A stretch of 64,000 nucleotides of DNA from positions 24,525 to 88,524 of the forward strand of contig MNCI01002446.1 of assembly GCA_015680685.1 (NCBI GenBank), written 5' to 3'. A program made the position numbers and the translations under genes. The notes under the pieces were generated by a model. The model did no database searches and had not been told where the DNA came from. It worked only from the letters and a program-made list of their open reading frames with translations. This document shows positions 22,451 to 37,049 of the stretch, in pieces. This DNA comes from Gnetum montanum (taxonomy: Eukaryota > Plantae > Gnetophyta). Each line of letters starts with the position of its first letter. Position 1 is the stretch's first letter.

Positions 22451-25400
22451 AGTGACTACTCACTGCTCATCAACTTTGGTGTTTTGCACTTGCATGTAAC
22501 TCTAGTTCGAGGACTAAATGTTGAACACAACGTTTCTCATGTTACACATGAGGCTTTGATATATCAACTTATTTGGAAAATAATAATAATAAATGAATGA
22601 AGTAAGAAACTTTTATAGGTCTTTCATCTTAACTATATTAAGAGTTGATTCTTCTAAATTTTACAAAGATTATCTCATGTGATTTAAATAAGGCTCAAGT
22701 GATCATGACAATCCTGATGAGCTATATTCACTGTAGGTTTTTTTATACATTGGCATGAAGGTTGGAACAATTAAATATTAAAATAGTTCAACATAAACAT
22801 GAAATATTATTTGATCTTTCAAGAAATCTTGGGTAGTTGTGATTTCTACCAAGATGGCTATTGACATAACCAAGTGTAAAGTGCTAGTTTTCTTGGCTAG
22901 TTTACTATTAGGTTTTATTATAATATTAAAATATGAATGCATGTATCATATGCATCTCATATTGATTAAGCAACTGTTAAGTCTCTTAACTTCTTTGTTG
23001 ATAACTAAGACTAATTTCTAATTCAAGTTTAGTCTTACCTTGGAAGCATCAACAAACATCTCAGTCCTTACCATTTTTACACTCTAATAGAAAAAAAAGA
23101 TTTATTGATTCAAATATTATTTCTAATGGATAACTTATAGTTATCATTTTTGTAAACCAAGGTTGGGAAATAGAAATCTTCCCATTCCAACAACAATGAA
23201 AAAAAAATGCAACAGCAGAAGTTTGATTTTTTGCATAGTATGTATGGTAAGAATAGTTTTACTACTTAAAGTCAAGTGTGGCATGACCACTTGAGGCAGG
23301 AGGAACTATGACATCTAGGCCTTAACAACAATGCAAAGGATTTCTCTTTTTCCCTTAGCCCTAATAGCTAACATGAGGGTTTCATGTAGTTTTGGCTTGA
23401 GCTTCTTCTGTAGTGTTACATGACTTGGCAATGTGTGGTTGGAATTATTGTTGAAATGGCCCATCCCAAGGTAGGTGGCAACAATGATCTTATGGATGGA
23501 AAGGTATGTGATGTTGAGAATAAGAATGGAGGTCTAGGTAGCAGCCAAGTAAGGTGGTAAGTGCAAGCTTCATTTAGTTCATTATGGCCTACACTAAGTT
23601 TGGCATTTTACACCACTGGCACAACACATGAAGGTTTGAGTATTTGGCATGGCTTTTGTTAATCACTACATCCATTATAGTAGATGTATAGGCTTTAAAC
23701 CCTGCACACTCTCTCTCATCTTATCCTTCTATATTCGGTTCATTTGCTTATGATGATATGAACCAAGGAGTTTTGTGTGTTTACACATCTCAGTCTATCA
23801 CAAATCTATAGGTATTCAATGCATATCAAGTTTCTTCTTAGAAATTTGGAATGCACCTCTCATTGCAATGAGAAGGACAAAGAGATAGGTTGTGCATTTT
23901 TCTTTTTAGTTATTATTTATTTATTTTTTAGAGTATATGATGAATTCCCTTTTATTGTAACCTCTTTTGTGGCAACATTTTGATGTATGTATTTATTTAT
24001 AGATGATATAAGCTTGTTGACCTTTCTAGCAAAAGTATATATATATACATATCTTGTATTTTCTTATACTTTATCCTTCTCTTCATGATATTAGTTTCCT
24101 TTCTATGTTGTAAATACAAGGTTGCTATGTTCATATTTTCCTAATAGCATCAAGAACCAATGGTAAAAAATAAACAATGGAAAGGATGTCAACGTTTGAG
24201 GAAATTCAACCATTAGGACACTAGCTTATTATAGTTTTTTTTTTTTTTTTTTTTGCATCCATAAATATAACACAATTATTATTGGGCATGTTTATTGTTG
24301 CAAGTATGTTTGATTGGTTTAGGGTAGCATGTTCTAAGAATTAAAATAAGAAAAACCCATAACTAATGGTGTGCAACTTAATGCTTTATATGTTGGATGC
24401 TATTTTATTATTTTTCTTGACTATGATACAAACTAGGATCTTATCTTCCTTCAAATGGATGCTAGAAAAGTCAAAATGATTTACTTTAGGTGATTATTTG
24501 TAGAACTATAGGAGAAAATACTTAATATAATTTTTATTTAATTCTCTGGGACCATCATTATTATCATATTTGCATGAAATGATGTATTCGGATTATGTTA
24601 ATGTTGTAATGCTTTTCTAAAAAGATTTATGATTCAATTCATAAGTAATCCTCACAATATTCAGTATTACATAATGTTTATTTACTATTGTTGAAAAGTT
24701 CTAGCACATTTCAACTTTTCATTGTTAATTTTTCTAGAGTATTTTTAGTTATGTAATAATAATTGAAAATTTGATATTCCCAGCCCTTCCTCTTTTATTT
24801 TAAAGAACAACTATTTAGTTTAGTTACAATTGATGTGTGAAGGACTTGTGTAGATGGAGGAAATTAGACAAGTAAGGAATGCAAATAGTCTTAAGGTGCC
24901 AAGTTCCAAAGGACAAAGGGTGTTGGTAGAGGAAAAAGAGAAGAAGGGAGGATCAATAGGAAAAAGGTAGGACTTGTAGAATACAAGAGAAGTGGGGAAT
25001 TTCTAGGTCTCTTGGATTTCAATTTTCTTAATTTTGAATCTAATTTTCATTTCATTTTAGACTTTGTTTCTAAATTAATAGAGAAGAGTTTAGAGCTATC
25101 ATACTACTCATCATAGTTAGAGATTGTTCTACCCATTAGCCTTACCTTTTTAATTCATTATTAGACTAGTTTTGATCATTAAAAACTAAGAAAGTCGAGA
25201 TTTACATTAGTTGCTACCTCAACAAGTTCTTTAGGTAGCTACTAGAAGAACAAAAGGCTAAGGGTGTAGACTTGCTAGAAGAGGTGCACCCCATAGAGGT
25301 ACAGGTAGACAAGTTGGCGCAAGAAGATATTGAGTTGGTGAAAGAAATTAGAGGCTCACTAAAGAGCTAAGTTTCTTTTTAGATTTTAAGATAGTTTGAA

Positions 25401-26729
25401 GTTTATGTTTTACCCAATTATGATTTTTAGTTTATTTAGGTGACTTGGAAAACTTTAAGCTCTACAATTTATAAGTTGCTAGATTGTGAGCAACTAAGTA
25501 AATTTGGGTTAGTCTAGACTGTACTCATGATCTAAGCTCTGTTTCATTTAAATGCTTGTTATTTTCAAAAAAGTTCAGTTTATTTAAGTTCAGTTTATCT
25601 TTTTTTCAAAAAAATTTTATTACTTGTTTATCTTTTAATATTTGTTCTATTGTATTAGTTATTGCAACCTTTATGTTCACTAATATTTTAAGATTAAACT
25701 AAATTTGTGATTTCGCATTTGGAAAATTTTATGTTTGTTACACCCTCTTTAATATTTCAACATAGCACTTTATATTTTCATCATAAATATAAACTTAAAC
25801 ATATTTTCATTTAAGAATTAATCATTGGTTTAAAATTTTGAACACCATATAATTCTTAACTAATTGAGAGTATTTCTAGGTTTTTATACCCATATGGGAG
25901 ATGCCCAAAGTAATAGTTTTCTAAAATGTATTTTCTAAGGTGTGTTTCTTATGCCCAAAATTTATGCATCAACAATAATCTTTCAACAATTATTTGAAAA
26001 ACATTGAAGATAATTATCTTCTTTAATGAGGATTTTTTCTTCTTTTTCTTTTCATGTTCATCTAATTGAGTTATTATAGTGGTGAAACAACCTAATGTTT
26101 CAAACCTAGAATCTTAAGTTTATTATCTATTTTCTTTACGCTTGATTATTGATTATATAATATTGTATTGTAACTAGTAGTATATGGTAGTGTATTCTAG
26201 TATTTCTTTTATGCGTATGCTTATGATTATGTATCTTGAGATTTGGACCCTTGACTTCTTGTTTATATGTATTGTTGATACATTAGTATTTTATGATTCG
26301 TACAACATGGTATATTTGCTTCTAAGCTTGTGTATAATATATCTTGAAACAACTCGTGTATTAGTGAGATTTGATCCTAGAAACTCTTGATAATTACATG
26401 TTTTATTATATCTTAATGACATGCTTCTTGATATTTGAACCTTGGACCTTACTCTTATTATGTATATTTTGGATTTATTATTATTATTGTATTTCTTTTA
26501 TTGATTATTATTTCTGGGCATTTGCTAACACTTAATGCTTTTTACGAACGATAGATTAGAAAATGATGCTTATCCATTACTAGTAATTTAATTTAATTTA
26601 TATTTTACATTTTTATATTATTCTAAGCTTCGAACAATGTAAGAATATAGTAAAAAGGCATGTTATATATTTTATTAGGATTTATTCTAATTATTCTCTT
26701 ATTTTATCTTTCAATATTGATACCCATTA

Positions 26730-26900
26730 GGGACCACCACTTAGAGTGATGATAAGGTGCTTGTTTTTCAAGTCACAAGACTTACGTCTGAGCCTAGGCA
26801 CAACCACTCAAAAGAGTTTATACTTTCACTCATCTACCATCCTCCTAGGAGCCCACCTTGGTGGGATGAGCATTGAGCCTCTAGGTAATTATCCTTTTTT
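26730..26900 (+). mobile_element. tRNA-derived SINE (Au-like layout), ~170 bp
   Basis: Matches the reverse complement of 29533-29690 (TAGGCACAACCACT..AAAAGAG; GGATGAGCATTGAGCCT.TAGGT); ends in CCTTTTTT. Confidence 0.6.
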
Positions 26901-27399
26901 ATATTGGAAACCCATTCCTAGGTGATGTGGACTATATCTACTATTTCTTGATGACTTAAAATCTATGGACATAGCTACTAGTGGAACATTTGGGCCTTTT
27001 TGTTGATCCATGTGACTTGATCTTAGAATTAGATTGTTATTATTGAAATTGTCAAAACTCTATTTTGCTCTTGTAAATACTAGGCAAGTTTGGCTTTCTT
27101 AGCATCAATCATGCATCATTTTTTCATTCTCACTCTCTTGCTTGTTGTTATATGTGGCGAATCCTTCATAGGTTTCTAGATATGAACCTCTTCTTGCTTG
27201 ACAAAGTTGTGCTTTCATCTAATCTTTCAAGGTAGAGAAAATCTTTCTTTTTTTTACCACTTTTTCCCTAAAGCTTAATCTTTTGTGGAGCTACTACCTT
27301 CTTAATTATTCTTCTTTTGCTATTCTAACCCTTGTTTTCATATTCCCACCTGTACTTTTCATCTTTTCTAGCATCTTGTGTCATCTTCCTATGGTGGCA

Positions 27400-28538
27400 A
27401 TGGAATTTTGACACGTTATGTAGAGTAGCATGACTTGGGAAAAGTCTAACAAAAATGGCAACATCTGATAATGGTAGCTAGCAAATGTTTTGAGCATGTA
27501 TGGGTCTATTCAAGGTATGAAAAAGCTAGGAGGCAATGATTTGGCTCCTAATATTGGCTAGTTGGACATGATAAGTTGACTTTGGAGCTGACGCATTAGC
27601 TTAGTAGCATATAGTCAATATAAGTAGGGCAACTATTATTTAGAGAATTATGTCAACCTAGCAGTGTGCTACATGGCTAGTCTTGTCATGGTAAAGTTGA
27701 CTTTGGAGTTGGCCTATCAACCTAGTGGCATGCAACCCTATATCGAGAAACATTAAGTGATAGTAAGGGGCTAGGACTTTAGGATAACTATAGGGTTGAT
27801 ACTAACCATAAATGTAACCTAACAGTTGGTTTTACGTGAAGGTGGTGTAGAGAGATAAGGTACCCAACTAGGAGGCCTTGATGGCTAGTTTAAATTAGTA
27901 TCAACCTTATAGTTATTCTAATGTTTAATGTTGAAAACCTCAGTGTATTAATGTTAGTGTTATTGATCTTGATTAATAGTTATGTTAATTGGTTATTACT
28001 ATTCGATCCAACAGTATGCTTTACAACATGCACCCCATCTTCTAGCTTCATTTTGAGTGGCACCAAGATGATTCCTCTACTATGAAGATGTTCTAATCCT
28101 TTCTGAAGGTGTTTTGTGCATATTGTAGTTGAAGGCTTGGATGTAGATTCTAGGTAAAAATGCATCTAGTATATCTAAGTATGTATAGGAAGTGATGGTG
28201 CAATACAAATAAAGGATTCAAGCATCCTTTTATACTTGGAGCCATGTTATGGATTTGTAAATTGACCCATGTGGCTATCTAGTGTATCTTTTGTAACTTT
28301 GAACATATAGGCTTTGTACTTGACATATTGACGTAACATTCTATGGATATTTTAAAGTGATTATTTCTTTAAAGCTTATTCAAGTATACATATTGGATTA
28401 TAAGGTTTCATACTTAATATATTAAGATTTCTCAATAGTCATTTATGTTGGATGCTAAGTATTTCATATAGATTTTTAAGCAATTTATTCATGCTCCATA
28501 AAATGTATTTATCTATGGTAAATTTTGGGGTATGACAA
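27400..28538 (-). repeat. Probable decayed Tat/Ogre-type LTR
   Basis: Minus strand begins TGTCATACCCCAAAATTT, a typical Ogre/Tat LTR start, with TATAAAAGG ~300 bp in. The distal boundary is uncertain. Confidence 0.4.
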
Positions 28539-29419
28539 GTGGGGTCATATTTCTTTTATTTAAATATTATAAGACTATTATCAACTATGGTTTCTACAAC
28601 TTCGTAAGCATCATTGAATTCAAGAAGACCTTTCATCATGATGCTCTAAAGCATAAAATCTTATGTGTCATTGAAGACAACTAGGCATTTTGGAATTTCT
28701 TTATTTACTATCATTTGAAATTATTTAACACAACTAAAATCAATTCTCCAATACCAATTTGTTGTAGTTGCAGGTATGAAAGCTTCAATTATTTATATTT
28801 GCATTCTTTAATTTTTGCAAAATTCTTTAGCAAGATATAGTCTAACCCTCATAATCTATCAAAGAAAAGAATTGGATTATTTTTAAAAAACTACTTGAGT
28901 GGTGATGAGAACGTTAATAAGAATGATGAGAGAGAAAGTGGTGAAACAGAGAGTAAAAGTGATGAGATGGTGTTGAGATTATTTATATAAAATATCAAAT
29001 TTCAAGAACGTTTAGATTCATCAAATCATATAGATTTTCTTCATTCATCAAGAGTGTTTTCTCATCAATGCATGAAAGAGGAAGGGCTATGGGTAGGGAC
29101 CAAAGTACATCGAATGGGGCCAAGTTGCCTTGCACATTTCTTTTCATAAAATGCATTTTTCAAGTGTATTTCAAGTTATTTTCAAGTACATCCACCCATC
29201 AAATACTTTATTTAATTTTCTTTTTTTAAAAAAAGAAAACTTTTGGGCCATTATTTTCATTTTTCATTTATTTACAAAATGTTTCTAGCAAAAATACATT
29301 GAAAGAATAATAATAAGGAATGGAGAAACCTTATAGATTATTTAATTCATTAAATCACTACTCTTGCATCTTATATTACTAACATCATTCATCAAATCTT
29401 GGAGAAACTTTACACCAAG

Positions 29420-29690
29420 AAGATGAGTACATGAGTAAACACCTACCCTCTTTCAACCAGTTGCACCTAAATTCGAACACTATAATTATTCCAAAATGAT
29501 GATCCTCAACACTATTAGCGTGATATTATCATGTCATCACCTAAAGGCTCAATGCTCATCCTGCCAAAGTAAGGTCATAAGAGGATCGATTAATGAACAA
29601 AAGCTTAACCTCTTTTCAAGTGGTTGTGCCTAAACCCATATCTTACAACTTGAGAAATTAACACACCAACAAATGATGGCCTTCAACACT
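29420..29690 (-). mobile_element. One full and one partial copy of the same SINE family, in tandem
   Basis: Homology to 26730-26900; the partial copy keeps a B-box GTTCGAAT (~29470-29478); both share the ...CCT(T)CAACACTATT end. Confidence 0.55.
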
Positions 29691-31657
29691 ATTTACATTA
29701 TATGCTCATTAAGATTATGATTCTTCTAAATTTCTAATTATGAGGTGCCTTCATGTAAGTGTTACTCTAAATCTTCCAATGCAACCTATGAAATTTAGTA
29801 ACAAGCCTATAAATAAAGAAATGTTTTTAAAAAATAAAAATAAAAACCCATACAAATGAAATATAGTAAACATTATAATAATTTTGTAAGCATAAGATGA
29901 ACATCTTGAGACCATGTGATGAAAAGAGGATCCATACTTAAAAGAAGAGGCATTATTTTATGTTTGAACTTTTATAGGAAACTTATGTATCTCTATGTAC
30001 CTCTCTAATTTCATTTTACTAAAGAATACTAGGATTCTCGTAAATTTCTAACTATTTGCTAGCTTCAAGTAAGAGTTACGAGGACTCTAGTAGTAAGCTA
30101 ACAAATACAAAAATGTTCAAAAAAACAAAACCTACTACTAATGAGGAAGCATGACAAACTTTGACGAAAGTATTGTAACTAAGAAAGCATGTAATGAAGT
30201 TCGTTCTAAGACTACATGATGAGAGAGGATTAATATTAAAATGAGATATCTTGTTCCATGTCTTCTATACCTTTCAAAATCATTTTATTAACAAAAACAA
30301 CTATAAAAAAACACACAATGCAATTGTGGTAAGGCTACATAAACAAGTGGATAAAAGCAAGTAAAAATGCATTACTCACACAAAATTCACATGAAGATGG
30401 ACATGTTACCATAGATTCACATGAAGACCAACATGGTACTACATGTTCAACTACAATTAATTAGCACGTGTTAACAACTTCCCAACCTTTAATTTTTACT
30501 TATCCATGTCCAAACCTACTGAACAAATATATTGCTAATATTTGTAATCATAAAAAAATAAATAATAAAGAGGAACTATATATCCCTCCAAGATATATAT
30601 AGACAACAATGATACTTTCACAAAACTTGCATAGAATATAAAAGTATTTAAAGTAGGACTTGAACTAGTACTTTTTTGCCCACAAATGGGAATGACACAT
30701 CTCTCATTGACACTAATGTCTATGGTTCAAACTCAACATGCATTATTGAAGGATTCTTATGTTTCTAACTTCCAGAGACCAGGATTGGTAAATGCATGCA
30801 TTCTAACTCAACAAGAAATTTTGGTGGAAAAAGAAACCAAAATGAGTTAATGTTGGACAACAAATGCCCACTAAAATTCAAAGGAAATATAAGCAATTAC
30901 TGGATAAGTTTATACAAAGTGAAATATACAAAAAGCGTGGGCTGTAGCCCAGTTGGTATAGCTTACAAGATTGGCCCACAAGGGATATATGCCCACTGGT
31001 TTTAAGCTTTAGAACAGATATTGTATCCGAACACTAAAGACTAAATTTTCACTTTAGCTATATTTGGGCTTTTGGCATGTAGATCTCTTCACGTTTCAGT
31101 TGTAGAAGAAAGAGGTGATTTTTCACTTAATTGTAAAAATGACAAAGGAAAAAGGTACATTTCTTACGAAGTAGATTGAGATTTGAAATATTCTAAAACT
31201 TGCAATCAAGTCCCAGCAGGGGAAAAATAAAAAAGGAAATCGTTTGCGATAAAACGAAAAAAATACCAATATACCTGCAAAAACGATTTTTACCTTCATT
31301 GGAACCAGAATTTATTTTCAACCTTAATACAAGTTTTATTGAAGCTGAAAATTTTTGGAAAATAATGTACATTGAGCAAATTAAATATGCTATTATCTCA
31401 TGTTCCCACGTCTCACTCCCAAGGATATAATTTATGTAACCCAGAGTAATAAAAAGTTCATCCAGTAAAGGTGTTTGCACACTCAGATTTCATCCTGGGC
31501 AAACAAAAACCGTACCATGCATAGCAGCATTTTGAGGTTTATTTGAACGTGCTATGTTTTTAAATTAACATCCATTTTTATAGCATCGTAGGAGAAGGCA
31601 CTGGTAATAATGAATTTTTGCTGGGCTACAGTTGGGACATGCTTCATGCGTTGTTGC

Positions 31658-32105
31658 TCAGCTTGAGCTTTTTGGGTATGAAGGCAGGCAGGCTCCATTT
31701 GATAAAATTGCCCACACTTCGTTGATTCGTCCAATGATGCGAAAAGGGCTGTTGTATTGGGCAATGGATTAACACAAGTCTTGTCCTCCATTATAGAATT
31801 TAGAGTACTTAGATTTTTGAAGTTTCATAAACAAGGATTCTGCTTGCTTGACTACGTTGTCATCTTTGGCAAATCCAGAGAAGCTGCTAACGGCAATACA
31901 TGTGCTGTGCCAGGGATCGGCATGCAAGTTTAGCTCTGGCAAAGGCACTGGTGGGGACTGCTCAAATTTGGAAGGCAAGTATAAGCGTATCACGTAGGCT
32001 GAGCTGTTAAAAGGACCTGCCCCAGACGTAATGCTCGTCAATACTGGGGCCGTCATTGCTACCCGGCTTCAATTCAAATTAGCACCTTCTATGTATTGAA
32101 ATAAC
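31658..32105 (-). pseudogene. SOUL heme-binding protein, exon 2, with two in-frame stops
   Basis: After the acceptor CAG: LFQYIEGANLN*SRVAMTAPVLTS...YLPSKFEQSPPVPLPELNL...CIAVSSFSGFAKDDNVVKQA...DLC*SIAQYNSPFRIIGRINEVW...SSS*. TGA at 32069-32071 and TAA at 31769-31771, with no net frameshift. Confidence 0.9.
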
Positions 32106-33884
32106 CTGGTATCATCAACACAATTTATGTGGGAAAAAAAGCACCCTATTAATTGAGGAAACATAAATAAATTGAAAACACCCCAGAAGAACAAGATGAG
32201 CAGCCTTATGGCTCTAACGTTTCTGATTAACAAATATATATAACAACATGTCAGCATGTATGTCATTTTCAATAAGAATTAAAATGTATCACGAAAAACA
32301 ATTGATGACAATAAAAACTGTACTAAATTACACATGCCAGTCGCACAGAGAGAGAGTAACCTCATTTTTCAATCTTTCACTTTCTTCTTCCTCAACAGTC
32401 GATGGTGATGATTTAGAACTCTCCAAAATTAACAGTGAAAGTCTGTCCTGCTGATCATTTGAAAGTAATTCATAGGATTCAATGTTAACAGACGTTTTAA
32501 ATTTCTGTATTTATGATCATGCTACGGGATGCTGCATGCCTTTCTGGCTGAACTTCTGGTACCTATTGTTTGTGTGCCGTCTCAGTCTCGTTCCAGTAAT
32601 TGCGTTCTTTTATGGTCAATACATCGTTGTAACGAATTATTATTTAGTTCTTTGATTCTTAGTTTTTTCAGTTTCAAATCTTCACTCTTTCTAATATTCT
32701 AAATTTCTTAATCCTCCAAAACTTTCACTGCAAATACAAGATCATAGCTCCAAGATTCTAAAATAATTAAATACAAGATTAAGCTAGCATTTTACAAGAT
32801 TCTAAGACAGTGATTGATAATTTTTTATATCTTAGATGATTTTGAACAACTCTCTCAACTAATATATCTTCCCAGCTTTAATTCCCCAAATTAAAATTTT
32901 CCGTTAATTTGAAAAAGCCTGCTACCTACTTTGAATGTATTCTGCAATATTTGAATTACAAAGAAATCTTGAAACATCCGGATGTCAGCTTGTGCTTGTA
33001 TGCAAGATTTTTTAAATGAACAACATCAATCACCACATCATGGCTTTGCCTACATCATGGCTAGATGCTCTTCTTGGGATACGTTAGCTAGATAATTTTT
33101 GCAAAAAGAAACTGTCGAATACTTTCCTGTGTCCTTTTTTCCTCCTCCTTTCTGTTGAGTTACATCTATTTTTGTATAACATTCCCTTCCAATAACAGGT
33201 ATTGTCCCTATGACCAATCAACCATACAGACGTCTTATGTCATTTTAAAAAATGTTCCAAAATAGGAGATTTCTCAATTTTAATATAACCAACATCCGTT
33301 TTTTTCTGAATGCTAGTTTTAACTGCAAGCTTCAGCCAATTTCACCAATATATTTTCTGGTACACGTGCATCATATACAATTTGTACCGCATCCATCCAT
33401 TGCATTGATATTATCTTTTGGCATAGGGAAAAGATTCATGATGTAAGCCATGAGTTAAAAATCTACCTTTCAGCCATACTTCTGAAAATCCATTACTCCT
33501 ACTATACTTCTTTTATTAAATAGGCGGATTTAAAAAATTCATGGCAACTTTCCTCTCTTCAAACAATTTTTTGACTTTTTTAGCCATCTGAAAAGTACCA
33601 CTTCAAACTTCTATTATTGCTACATGTAATTTTATTTCTGTGTGTTCTGATGAAATGTGAGAGCATAAATAATTAAATTTGCGTGTTTTCACACCATATA
33701 ATTAATAAATAATACTCATTGTTGCCTTTATTGAAGCTACAAACTAAGGAGGGTGAAAATTTAATTTATAAGCTATCCAAGACTTGAAACAAGAGGTGCA
33801 AAGTAGATGCATCCTATTTGAAATAAATGAAAAAGCATTGTTTTCCTATTGGAAGTCAGATAATGAAAATATTTTGTTTTCAGA

Positions 33885-35390
33885 CAAGGAATTTTAGGGT
33901 GGTGAAGGATTTATTTTCAGAGGCTATTTAACAAAGATTTTCCTAAAGATGAAGTTTCAATGAAATAAAGATGAAGAATGGTAAAGCAACAGGACCGGAT
34001 AGTATCCCTGTAGAGAGAGGGAAGTTCATGGGAGATATATGGATTACTTAGTTGACAAATTTATTCAACAAGTTCTAATAAGGAGAAATGCCAAGTGATT
34101 AGAGGAAAATCACTATAGTACCCATTTACAAAAAAAGAAAAGGGAAACATCCAAAAGTATGGGAACTACAAAGACATCAAGCATATGAGTCACACCATGA
34201 AGCTATGAAAAAGACCTATAAAACAACATTTAAGACAAGAATTAACTCATTTCTGAGAATCAATTTGGTTTTGTGCCTAAAAGGTCAACTATGGAAGCTA
34301 TCTTTTTGCTAAGGCAGTTGATAGAGAAATTTGGGGGTAAGGAGGAAATTGCATATGATTTTCATTGACTTAGAAAAAGCTTATGATAGAGTTTCCAGAG
34401 AGATTATTTAATAAATATTAAAGGGAGAGGATATTCCTATTGGGCATAAAAAGGCTGTCCAAAACATGTATGATAAAGCAACAACTCAAGTTCACACTGT
34501 TTGTGAAGAGACTACAGACTTTCCCATGAAGGTATGGCTACACCAAGGATCTACTCTAAGCTCTTATTTGTTTATCATTATTATGGATCAGCTAACAAAC
34601 AAGATTGCATTCCTTGGTATATGCTCTTTGTTAATTATAATGTTTTGGCGAATATGTCTTAGGAAGTCATGGCTGTGAAGATGAAGATTTGGAGAAATGC
34701 CAAGAATCAAAAGGGTTGAGGATTAGTACAAGTAAAACAAAATACAATAAGTGTTTTTTTGTTGAAAAAGTGAGTAATGAAAACATGAAGATTAGAATTC
34801 AAAATTAAGAAGTTACTCAATGTAAGTAATTAAATTACTTGGCTCTACTGCAAATGGACAACAATGATGTGACAAATAAAATTAAAGCAGAATGGATAAA
34901 ATTGTGAAAAGTTAGTGATGTGCCCCGTGATAGAAAAATCTTGGCTAGGTTGAAGTGAAACTTCTTCAGAATTATTATCAAACCTACAATCCTCTATGGT
35001 GTTGAATGTTGGCCTATAAAAAACATCAAGCTCAATGTATACATGTCACAAAGATGCGAATGATAAGGTAGATATTGGGTGTAACTAGGGAAAGTTTGGG
35101 AGTAGCACCTATAGAGGAGAAAATTGTGGAAAGTTGTTTCTGATGGTATGATCATCTGCTAAGAACACCAAATAATGTACCTATCAGAAGATGTTTCTTT
35201 ATTAAAATCAATGGGAAACAACAAAGAGGTAGACATCAACATACATGATTTGCAAACATTAAAATAAGATATCCAAGATTTAGGTGTTAATGCTTATTTA
35301 GCTCTTAATAAAAGTGAATGAAAAAATGAATTAATATAGCCAATCTCATCTAATTGGGATAAGGCCCAGTATCTTATTGATGATGATGAT
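33885..35390 (+). mobile_element. 5'-truncated RTE-clade LINE, decayed
   Basis: KMKNGKATGPDSIPVE, NQFGFVPKRSTMEAIFLLRQL, FIDLEKAYDRV, LHQGSTLSSYLF, PTILYGVECW; plant RTE-type 3' end TAGCC...TGGGATAAGGC followed by (GAT)n. Confidence 0.92.
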
Positions 35391-37049
35391 TACTGCCTTT
35401 ATCTTATTGATTAGGAGGCAGGCCCAGTATCCTAGCATCAAGACCATTTATACCATTTCCTCTGCCTTCCTTAATATCTTGGATTTTCTTTCCTTGAAGT
35501 TAAAACAACTAGCAGCTTTCATCCAAGGGCTATAAAAAAACCCTTAAATGTGTAACCTTTATTTATCATCCTAATGGCATTCAGCTCATTAGAAGATATC
35601 TTTCATCTATGTGGAGCTGAAAAGATGGGTAGTTGATAGAGAATTCCAGCATTAGTCTTCATTTTATGATTTTATGATCAATTAAACATGCAGTTACCCA
35701 AGCCACTTCCTACAACATTACTTACAAAAGGTCTCTGTGGTGCTCATCATGAACACAACCTCAAGAAATGGTAAAGATCTCACTTCTAAGCTTGATTTGA
35801 GCTCTTCCACCACAATGCTTAACTTGCTCAAGAAATCTGCAGAAGTATTTCATCACACAATAGTTCATACAGGCTCAGCACTGGTCCACCTACCCACACG
35901 TTTCACATCAAGGACCGCAAAACAATCTTGAATTAAAAAACCTAAAAATCTAACTTATTTTGTTAAAAAATATGTTTTTTTCACCATTACGCACTTTTTT
36001 TTGGTGATGGTGATGGTGATGGTTGCTTGGGCACCTAAAATGGGATTTAAAGCATGCTTTCATTTGTATACACTAAATCACACCAATGAGAGGGGATATT
36101 CATTGAAAGTTTTCCTACTATTTGTACAAATTTCTAACTTTTGAAATTTGAAAGTGAATATGTTTCTGAAATTCGATTTTCTCCTTGATACAAGCAGCAC
36201 ACAAAGTATGTAGGGTTTCTTGCACTAAGTTTCTAAAACCATTGACTTATTGTGACCTCGATTCTTGGGTATCAGGAAAGATACAAACTAATCGTATTTT
36301 AAAAATTATAAATGCCATGTTTCTGATTTTGTGGATGCAAATTTTGCATCTGACACATACACCACCGCTAGTTATACTTTCATTCTAAGCTGCTGATGCA
36401 ATTTCCTGGGTGTTGAGAATTCAACTTAGTAACATTGAAACATGTAATAAAATGCTTTTTTTTCACAAATTTCTTCATCCTTTTCAAAAGAAAATTTGTG
36501 CTTTGTGATAGTAAGAGCTATACCTTTAACTATCGTTTTCCATGGTACAAAGAGGCTAGATACAAAATTCTGTTACCAAAGATGGTGTGGTTAATATTCA
36601 GATAATGAGCTTTGGGGAAATGTTGCAGATGCTTTGACAAAAAAAATAATAGAATGAAGATCTTATAGAGAGTAATTTGAAATCACTGTGACCGCAAAAA
36701 TTTGGTGTACATGGTAAAAAGCTCGATGTAGACATGCTATGAAAAGATATAGTATATTGCTTCCTACATAATACATTACATATCACATATTTATATAAGA
36801 CTAGATGCTTATAATAACATCACATAAGATAAAAATTCCTTTACTTAGCATGGTTAATCTTATGAGGCTAAAAAAAGCTATACACTAATCACCCTTCAAA
36901 ATGTACTATGAATCATTAACTTTCAGGTTGGTGGTAAATTAATAGAATATCCACACCATTTTCTTCAGTTTTCCATTAAAGGAATGCATTCAAACCATAT
37001 GCAATGTCAAAATATAAGAAGACTAATTACAGCTGCAAATACAGAATCT

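Noticed and set aside
22500-29000. Possible decayed DNA transposon or multi-exon gene in the AT-rich region, and a solo LTR at ~24835-25742
   Set aside because: Some exon-like and LTR-like patches, but no motif, TIR or TSD that I could verify.
31769-32071. SOUL stops rescued by U-to-C editing, selenocysteine or readthrough
   Set aside because: Editing would give Arg and Gln rather than the expected residues and is an organellar process; land plants lack Sec; double readthrough is implausible.
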